From contig OZ024742.1 of assembly GCA_964016885.1 (NCBI GenBank), positions 360,096,001 to 360,160,000 on the forward strand: a DNA stretch of 64,000 nucleotides, in the 5' to 3' direction. Position 1 is the first letter of the stretch; every line of letters begins with the position of its first letter. The notes below the pieces were generated by a model. The model searched no databases and was not told the DNA's origin. It was given only the letters and a program-made list of their open reading frames with translations. Made by a program: the position numbers and the translations under genes. This document shows positions 55,177-64,000 of the stretch, one piece after another. This DNA is from Eledone cirrhosa. Lineage: Eukaryota.

Positions 55177-56431
55177 TGTGGTGGTGGCGGGGTTGTTGTG
55201 GTGGTTGCAGGGTTTGATGTGGTGGGGGCGGGGTTGTTGTTGTTGTTGTGGTGGCGGGGTTGTCCTGGTGGTGGCGGGGTTGTTGTGGTGGTGAGTTTGT
55301 TTTTGTGGTGGCGGGGTTGTTGTTGTGGTGGCGGGGTTGTTGTGGTGATGGCGGGGTTGTTGTTGTTGTGGTGGGGTTGTTGTTGTTGTGGTGGTGGCGG
55401 GGTTCTTGTTGTTGTGGTGGTGGCGGGTTGCTGTGGTGGTGGGGTTGTTGTTGTTGTTGTGGCGGGTTGTTGTGGTGATGGCGGGGTTGTTGTGGTGATG
55501 GCGGCGTTGCTGTGGTAGTGGTGGGGTTGTGGTAGTGGTGCGGTTGTTGTAGTGGTGCGGTTGTTGTTGTTGTGGTGGCGGGGTTGTTGTGGTGATGGTG
55601 GGGTTGTTGTGAAGGTGGGGTTGTTGTTGTGGTGATGGCGGGGTTGTTGTTGAGGTGATGGTAGGTTTGTTGTAGTGATGATGTTGGTGACTTTGATGAC
55701 GTTGTAGTTGTGATGGTGGTGATGATGGTGGTGACGTTGTAGTGATGATAGTGGTGACGTTGTTGTGATGATGGTGGTGACGTTGTTGTGATGATGCTGG
55801 TAACGTTGTAGTTGTGATGGCGGTGACGTTGGTGACGTTGTAGTGGTGATGGCGGTAATGTGGTGACGTTGTAGTGGTGATAGTGGTGACGTTGGTGACA
55901 TTGTAGTGATGATGGTGGTGACGTTGTAGTGGTGATGGTGGTGACGTTGTAGTGGTGATGGTGATGGCGGTGACGTTGTTGACGTTGTAGTGGTGATGGT
56001 GAGGACGTTGTAGTGATGATGGTGGTGACGCTGTAGTGATGATGGTAGTGTCGTTGTAGTGGTGATGGTGATGGCGGTGACGTTGTTGATGTTGTAGTGG
56101 TGATGGTGAGGACGTTGTAGTGATGATGGTGGTGACGTTGTAGTGGTGATGGTGATGGCGGTGACGTTGTTGACGTTGTAGTGGTGATGGTGAGGACGTT
56201 GTAGTGATGATGGTGGTGACGCTGTAGTGATGATGGTGGTGACGTTGTAGTGGTGATGGTGAGGACGTTGTAGTGATGATGGTGGTGACGTTGTAGTGGT
56301 GATGGTGGTGATGTTGTAGTGGTGATGGTGATGGCGGTGACGTTGTTGATGTTGTAGTGGTGATGGTGAGGACGTTGTAGTGATGATGGTGGTGACGCTG
56401 TAGTGATGATGGTAGTGTCGTTGGTGACGTT
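55177..56431. repeat. G/T-rich triplet-based repeat: (GTT/GGT)n grading into ~24-bp GTGACGTTGTAGTGATGATG-type units
   Basis: Direct reading; composition shifts near 55670. Confidence 0.92.
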
Positions 56432-56633
56432 GCTGGTCTTGTGCCAAAATTAGAAATAATTATTAACCCAGTAGTATCTGTGACAGTTTTTAACTCCCAA
56501 TTGGGACATAAGGGGGCGCACCTTATAACATTTCTTTCCACTCTTATCGCTCTTATCACTCCTAGGCCAAGTATATCTCGTGCTGTTATCTCTATTTTCA
56601 ATTTAACTGGAGCCAATCTAGTGAAGATATGTA

Positions 56634-57338
56634 CGAGCGGATGCTGCAAAGATGCTGACTGATCGTGTCTACATAGGCCTGGTTAGGTCAAACCTTTACA
56701 GCTCTGTTTACAGGGCTTAGAAAAACTGAGGGACCACTGCAATAAGTGTGTGAATCTGAGAGGGGAATATCTATATACATAAATGGCAATTTCTGTTTGT
56801 TTGTTAGTGAACCTAAAACTCAAAAACTACCAAACCGATCTTGATGAAACTTGACACGTGAGTGGGGCTCATGCCCATTTGATTTCTTACGTATATTTCA
56901 TTTTAATCAAAGGGTTCCCCGGGGTTTCAAACCCCTGCTGAAAACCCCCGCTTAATTTTTTTCCCTTTGATTTATATGAAATTTAAACCATAGATAAATG
57001 ACAGGATATGATGCCTATTCACATAATTTCAGCAAATTTCAATAATATTAAGACACCCTGGTGGGGGTTCTATTTCTTTCCTTATAGCAACACTCAACTT
57101 CTCTGACAAACATTTTTTCACCTGACCAATATTCAACAACATTTATTTGTATTATTGTTTCGTAAATAAATTTCTCTTCGCTTTTGATTATCTGTCCTAT
57201 ATTTTGATTTCATTTTTGGTCTGAGAAGACCCTTGCTCCCGGGTATTACCGGGTACTTCAGCCAGTGTTGTATAGATCATAACTGATCCTCCTGTATTTT
57301 CTTTTACCCAAAGCCAGGAACTTTTCAGCATCCTCCCG
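56634..57338 (+). mobile_element. Mariner-derived MITE (~210 bp) split by a Helitron
   Basis: TA|CGAGCGGATGCTGCAAAG ... CTTTTCAGCATCCTCCCG|TA. Contains the transposase C-terminal remnant GLEKLRDHCNKCVNLRGEY^V. Confidence 0.7.
56770..57265 (+). mobile_element. Non-autonomous Helitron
   Basis: 5' TC (TCTATATACATAA), subterminal GC-rich hairpin CCCGGGTATTACCGGG, and 3' CCAG (CTAG-like). Inserted between A and T with no target duplication. Confidence 0.75.
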
Positions 57339-57611
57339 TACATCACAACATTACGGCTCTTCATTCCTCTTTAGATCAAACTTCGAAGCTTCCTGCCTAG
57401 GTCAGAAATATATGATACGTTATCAGAGATGTCATTCTGTTGTTGACTGGAGTCTAATTAGAATCAAACAATGGTAGTTAACAATGATATATTATTGTTG
57501 CCATTAAATCGCTAATTATCTTAATCATGTCTCATTCTTCTGATTACATTGGAATTTCAGATAACAAGCGAGGCAGCAGTATTGTTAATAAGCCGCTGAA
57601 ATGTGCTACAT

Positions 57612-57790
57612 AATTGTTTCTACTTTTGGCACAAGACCAGCAATTACCCAGTACATTCCTGGTACTTTATTTTATCGACCCCGTAAGGATGAAAGGCAAA
57701 GTTAACCTTGGCGGGATTTGATCTCAGATCGTAAATGGAAGTAACTATGCTGGAAAGCATGTCCGACCCTCTACCGATACTACCAATCCA
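57612..57790 (-). mobile_element. SINE group B, short tail
   Basis: Reverse complement of 48700-48882. Flanked by CTGAAATGTGCTACATAAT direct repeats at 57596 and 57791, a candidate TSD. Confidence 0.82.
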
Positions 57791-57899
57791 CTGAAATGTG
57801 CTACATAATGAAAGTTAAGTGGTGAAGACGATGGTGTTTTTTTTATTGGAGAAATGGGGGAAAGGACAGATTGACAGCAAATCGCACACATAAGTAAAC

Positions 57900-58118
57900 A
57901 CATACATACATTCATGCATACATACATACATACATACATTCATGCATACATACATACATTTATACATACATACGTACATACATACATCCATGCATACATA
58001 CATACATTCATGCATACATACATTCAAGCATACATACATACATTCATGCATACGTACATACATTCATACATACATACGTAGATACATTCATGCATACATA
58101 CATACATTCATACATACA
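57900..58118. repeat. (TACA)n microsatellite
   Basis: Direct reading. Confidence 0.9.
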
Positions 58119-58727
58119 TGGTGGCTGCCAACTCGTCTTCGAGTACCGCCACTACTTTATATCCATGTAGGAGAACCCCTACCGATGCGCTGAACGAGTG
58201 TGACTTTTTAGTCCAGCCAGCGACTTGAAAACTCTGGTACAAACACTACACTTGTGACAATTATTGACACATAGTGCTGGGCCCATGGTACCATGTGACG
58301 ACAAGTGCAGAGAGATCTCCAGATATAAAGCAATGCCTGTGCCGTGAAGCTTTTATAGTGAGCAAAAGCACTGCACAAAGCCAGTCCCACTCTCTTAACC
58401 AAGATGATATTTACCAAAAAGAAGAACAAGTCAACATCATTGGATACCATCAGGGCTGCAGGTGTTATATCAGAGTTTTCCTTCTCCTAGAATTCTGCCT
58501 TGACAAAGGCTAAGGGGTCATCTCTCCCGGTTATTTTGGATGGCCATTGACTCTTAAGAGCTCCTTTGCCCTTTGACAGGTTTTGTTTTTAGTCCTGCAG
58601 GATGTCCAAAGTCACCCTCCTCACCAAGAAACCTTGGTGAGGTTGCCAGTTTAGTCGCCAACGATCCGACCATGAGACAGGTTGTACTGGGATACATGTT
58701 ACCAGTAGCACCAACTGGTGACCTGAC
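58119..58727 (-). mobile_element. ~610-bp RTE-derived non-autonomous retroelement, copy 1
   Basis: Minus strand: a 5'-UTR-like leader, then [33 protein letters not shown] (C2H2 terminus), a short UTR and a (TATG)n tail. Confidence 0.75.
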
Positions 58728-58804
58728 ATACATACATGCATACATACATACATACATACATACATACATACATACATACATACATACATACATACATACA
58801 TACA

Positions 58805-59413
58805 TGGTGGCTGCCAACTCGTTTTCGAGTACCGCCACTACTTTATATCCATGTAGGAGAACCCCTACCGATGCGCTGAACGAGTGTGACTTTTTAGTCC
58901 AGCCAGCGACTTGAAAACTCTGGTACAAACACTACACTTGTGACAATTATTGACACATAGTGCTGGGCCCATGGTACCATGTGACGACAAGTGCAGAGAG
59001 ATCTCCAGATATAAAGCAATGCCTGTGCCGTGAAGCTTTTATAGTGAGCAAAGTCACTGCACAAAGCCAGTCCCACTCTCTTAACCAAGATGATATTTAC
59101 CAAAAAGAAGAACAAGTCAACATCATTGGATACCATCAGGGCTGCAGGTGTTATATCAGAGTTTTCCTTCTCCTAGAATTCTGCCTTGACAAAGGCTAAG
59201 GGGTCATCTCTCCCGGTGATTTTGGATGGCCATTGACTCTTAAGAGCTCCTTTGCCCTTTGACAGGTTTTGTTTTTAGTCCTGCAGGATGTCCAAAGTCA
59301 CCCTCCTCACCAAGAAACCTTGGTGGGGTTGCCAGTTTAGTCGCCAACGATCCGACCATGAGACAGGTTGTACTGGGATACATGTTACCAGTAGCACCAA
59401 CTGGTGACCTGAC
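58805..59413 (-). mobile_element. ~610-bp RTE-derived element, copy 2
   Basis: Near-identical to copy 1 at offset 686. Confidence 0.75.
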
Positions 59414-59494
59414 ATACATACATGCATACATACATACATACATACATACATACATACATACATACATACATACATACATACATACATACATACA

Positions 59495-59805
59495 TGGTGG
59501 CTGCCAACTCGTTTTCGAGTACGGCCACTACTTTATATCCATGTAGGAGAACCCCTACCGATGCGCTGAACGAGTGTCACTTTTTAGTCCAGCCAGCAAC
59601 TTGTAAACTCTGGTAAAAAAAACTACACTTGTGACAATTATTGACACATAGTGCTGGACCTATGGTACCATGTAACAACAAGAGCAAAGAGATCTCCAGA
59701 TATAAAGCAATGCCTGTGCCGTGAAGCTTTTATAGTGAGCAAAGGCACTGCACAAAGCCAGTCCCACTCTCTTAACCAAGATGATATTTACCAAAAAGAA
59801 GAACA
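59495..59805 (-). mobile_element. RTE-derived element copy 3, 3' half (broken by inversion)
   Basis: Ends at AAGAAGAACA; the continuation is found inverted at 60840. Confidence 0.75.
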
Positions 59806-59845
59806 TGTATATATATATATATATGTATGTATATATGTATGTATG

Positions 59846-59878
<33 letters not shown>

Positions 59879-59954
59879 ATATGTGTATGTATATATATGT
59901 ATGTATATGTGTGTATGTATATGTATGTATGTATGTATATATGTATGTATATAT

Positions 59955-60366
59955 CCGGGAGAGATGACCCCTTAGCCTTAGTCAAGGCAGAATCCTAGGA
60001 GAAGGAAAACTCTGATATAACACCTGCAACCCTGATGGTATCCAATGAAGTTGACTTGTTCTTCTTTTTGGTAAATATCATCTTGGTTAAGAGAGTGGGA
60101 CTGGCTTTGTGCAGTGCCTTTGCTCACTATAAAAGCTTCACGGCACAGGCATTGCTTTATATCTGGAGATCTCTCTGCACTTGTCATCACATGGTACCAT
60201 GGGCCCAGCACTATGTGTCAATAATTGTCACAAGTGTAGTGTTTGTACCAGAGTTTTCAAGTCGCTGGCTGGACTAAAAAGTCACACTCGTTCAGTGCAT
60301 CGGTAGGGGTTCTCCTACATGGATATAAAGTAGTGGCCGTACTCGAAAACGAGTTGGCAGCCACCA
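59955..60366 (+). mobile_element. RTE-derived element copy 4 (5'-truncated, inverted)
   Basis: Reverse complement of the 3' ~410 bp of copy 1. Confidence 0.75.
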
Positions 60367-60581
60367 TGTATGTATGTATGTATGTATGTATGTATGTATA
60401 TGTATATGTATATGTATGTGTGTGTATATATGTATGTATATATATATGTATGTATATATATATGTATGTATGTATATATATATGTATGTATATGTGTATG
60501 TATGTATGTATATATGTATGTATGTATATATATATATATATGTATGTATATATATATATATATGTATGTATATATGTATGT

Positions 60582-60840
60582 ATGTATCCCAGTACAACCT
60601 GTCTCATGGTCGGGTCGTTGGCGACTAAACTGGCAACCCCACCAATGTTTCTTGGTGAGGAGGGTGACTGGACATCCTGCAGGACTAAAAACAAAACCTG
60701 TCAAAGGAGCTCTTAAGAGCAAATGGCCATCCAAAGTCACCGGGAGAGATGACCCCTTAGCCTTTGTCAGGGCAGAATTCTAGGAGAAGGAAAACTCTGA
60801 TATAACACCTGCAACCCTGATGGTATCCAATGATGTTGAC
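60582..60840 (+). mobile_element. RTE-derived element copy 3, 5' half (inverted)
   Basis: Ends GATGTTGAC, the reverse complement of the GTCAACATC that follows AAGAAGAACAA in intact copies. Confidence 0.75.
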
Positions 60841-60853
60841 ATACATACATACA

Positions 60854-61459
60854 TGGTGGCTGCCAACTCATTTTCGAGTATGGCCACTACTTTATATCCA
60901 TGTAGGAGAACTCCTACCGATGCGCTGAACGAAGTGACTTTAGTCCAGCCAGCGACTTGAAAACTCTGGTACAAACACTACACTTGTGACAATTATTGAC
61001 ACATAGTGCTGGGCCCATGGTACCATGTGATGACAAGTGCAGAGAGATCTCCAGATATAAAGCAATGCCTGTGCCGTGAAGCTTTTATAGTGAGCAAAGT
61101 CACTGCACAAAGCCAGTCCCACTCTCTTAACCAAGATGATATTTACCAAAAAGAAGAACAAGTCAACATCATTGGATACCATCAGGGTTGCAGGTGTTAT
61201 ATCAGAGTTTTCCTTCTCCTAGAATTCTGCCTTGACAAAGGCTAAGGGGTCATCTCTCCCGGTAATTTTGGATGGCCATTGACTCTTAAGAGCTCCTTTG
61301 CCCTTTGACAGGTTTTGTTTTTAGTCCTGCAGGATGTCCAAAGTCACCCTCCTCACCAAGAAACCTTAGTGGGGTTGCCAGTTTAGTCGCCAACGACCCG
61401 ACCATGGGACAGGTTGTACTGGAATACATGTTACCAGTAGCACCAAGTGGTGACCTGAC
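60854..61459 (-). mobile_element. ~610-bp RTE-derived element, copy 5
   Basis: Near-identical to copies 1 and 2. Confidence 0.75.
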
Positions 61460-61488
61460 ATACATACATGCATACATACATACATACA

Positions 61489-61520
<32 letters not shown>

Positions 61521-61564
61521 AACATACATACATACATACATACATACATACATACATACATACA

Positions 61565-61596
<32 letters not shown>

Positions 61597-61621
61597 AACA
61601 TACATACATACAAATATATTG

Positions 61622-61750
61622 GTTTCTGATTTAGGCACAAGGCAAACAATTTTGGAAGTGGGGAAAGTCGATTAAATCGACCCTAGTGCATTACTGGTAC
61701 TTTATTTTATCGACCCCGGAAGGATGAAAGGCAAAGCTAACCTCGGCAGT
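61622..61750 (-). mobile_element. SINE group B 3' part
   Basis: Contains GGTACTTTATTTTATCGACCCCGGAAGGATGAAAGGCAAAG. Confidence 0.7.
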
Positions 61751-62063
61751 ATTTGTTGTCTTTGTATCGAGCAGCTGAAAGTCAGGCAACTTATAAACGC
61801 CGCACTGGATGTATTTCTTGGTACAAAAGAATGTTAGATGTTCACACCAACAGATAGTAAACCATGAAATGAGACAACAGCACTTCTCTCATTCAGTAGA
61901 GACTCCAGTGTAGAGTACTTCTTGTGTGGGAACTAAACATTGCAGCCAACCGACCTTCTCTTCATTCACTTAGCTTTGTCAACATTCCATCCCGGACATA
62001 GCAACACAAACAATATAACTTTGGATTATCATCTCAGATGCTGCCTTTACACACCAACCAGAT

Positions 62064-62332
62064 TTCTCTTCCTCCTCCTCTCTCTCTTCTTCTTCTTCTT
62101 CTTCTTGTTCTTCTTCTTCTTCTTGGGGCAGGGTTCTCAAACACTCTTTCCAACGGGTCCTGTCAGAAGCAACCGTCTCCAAATGACCCGGCTGGATCCC
62201 CAAGCGAGACCAGCTAAGTTCATGGATGTTATCCGACCATCTTGCTCGGGATCCACCCTTAGGTTTCCTACCGATAGGTTTTGCTCGTAAAATCTGCCCA
62301 GCGATTCTTTCCTGAAACATTCTAATCACATG
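62064..62332 (-). mobile_element. RTE-clade LINE extreme 3' fragment with (GAA)n tail
   Basis: HVIRMFQERIAGQIL..GRKPKGGSRARWSDNI..DRTRWKECL followed by GAA repeats. Confidence 0.7.
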
Positions 62333-62597
62333 AATGTCTCAGAAAAGAACCAAGATGCCGGCATACAAAATATCATTGACCTCATTTACAGGAAATAGTA
62401 ACTTAAACTTGTTGTTCATCACTTATGCTAAACCATCTTTTATTCGGAGAAGAGACAGCGACAGAGTCTCGGAGCTTCCCATTTCTAACAATAGGGAAAG
62501 GTTAATATAAAAGTGACAGGCACCCATGCGTAGTTGTAGTTTTTTACGGTATAGAACAGACACACACCATGGATTAATGGATACACATGCACGCACG

Positions 62598-62683
<86 letters not shown>

Positions 62684-62839
62684 AACACACACAGAAACAC
62701 ACACACACGCAAACACACACACGCACATGCACACACGCATACATACACACACACACGCGCGTGCGCGCGATCAAAAATAAACCCATAATAAACAAAAAGA
62801 GACAAACCTATATTTTAAAAAAAGGCAAACATACTAACA

Positions 62840-64000
62840 TACATACACAGGTATATATATTGGTAGGTATACATACATACACATGTATATATATTGGTAG
62901 GTATACATTCACAGGTATATATATTGGTAGGTATACATACACAGGTATATATATTGGTAGGTATACATACATTCACAGGTATATATATTGGTAGGTATAC
63001 ATTCACAGGTATATATATTGGTAGGTATACATTCACAGGTATATATATTGGTAGGTATACATACATACACAGGTATATATATTGGTAGGTATACATTCAC
63101 AGGTATATATATTGGTAGGTATACATACATACACATGTATATATATTGGTAGGTATACATACACAGGTATATATATTGGTAGGTATACATACACAGGTAT
63201 ATATATTGGTAGGTATACATACACAGGTATATATATTGGTAGGTATACATTCACAGGTATATATATTGGTAGGTATACATACATACACAGGTATATATAT
63301 TGGTAGGTATACATACATTCACAGGTATATATATTGGTAGGTATACATTCACAGGTATATATATTGGTAGGTATACATACATACACAGGTATATATATTG
63401 GTAGGTATACATACATTCACAGGTATATATATTGGTAGGTATTCATACATACACAGGTATATATATTGGTAGGTATACATTCACAGGTATATATATTGGT
63501 AGGTATACATTCACAGGTATATATATTGGTAGGTATACATACATACACAGGTATATATATTGGTAGGTATAGATACATTCACAGGTATATATAATGGTAG
63601 GTATACATACACAGGTATATATATTGGTAGGTATACATACACAGGTATATATATTGGTAGGTATACATACATTCACAGGTATATATATTGGTAGGTATAC
63701 ATTCACAGGTATATATATTGGTAGGTATACATACATACACAGGTATATATATTGGTAGGTATACATACATTCACAGGTATATATATTGGTAGGTATACAT
63801 TCACAGGTATATATATTGGTAGGTATACATTCACAGGTATATATATTGGTAGGTATACATACACAGGTATATATATTGGTAGGTATACATACACAGGTAT
63901 ATATATTGGTAGGTATACATACACAGGTATATATATTGGTAGGTATACATACACAGGTATATATATTGGTAGGTATACATTCACAGGTATATATATTGGT
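62840..64000. repeat. 30/34-bp minisatellite (runs off the window end)
   Basis: Unit ACAGGTATATATATTGGTAGGTATACATTC, with or without an extra ACAT. Confidence 0.97.

Noticed and set aside
50795-56649. Cys/Val/Trp-rich, His/Thr-rich and mucin-like ORFs
   Set aside because: Low-complexity repeats open in several frames on both strands, with no unique domain or gene structure.
58190-58260. Host C2H2 zinc-finger gene
   Set aside because: A single terminal finger inside a repeated retroelement unit with a microsatellite tail.

Overview
Repeat-saturated animal genomic DNA. The SINE families and dense microsatellites resemble octopus/cephalopod sequence; this is an inference. No confident host gene is present, and almost all long ORFs in the track are artefacts of satellites. 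Contents: a purine-rich 35-bp satellite of at least 28 kb with multi-kb higher-order repeats (1-28.35 kb); further 42-bp, 10-bp, triplet-based and 30/34-bp satellites; two tail-to-tail RTE LINE fragments, one with a PHD-like finger inside the RT C-terminal region; a Penelope-like GIY-YIG fragment with a minimal hammerhead; an internally deleted mariner with 103-bp TIRs; CRE-like LINE 3' fragments; two tRNA-derived SINE groups; piggyBac-type MITEs; a Helitron nested in a mariner MITE; and a tandem array of ~610-bp RTE-derived non-autonomous elements with a clean 1-kb inversion. The most notable item is a non-coding element at 32001-32791. Its two identical 198-bp direct repeats each carry a type I hammerhead ribozyme with a compensatory U3-A8 core, which predicts a self-excising 593-nt retrozyme-like RNA that may circularise.
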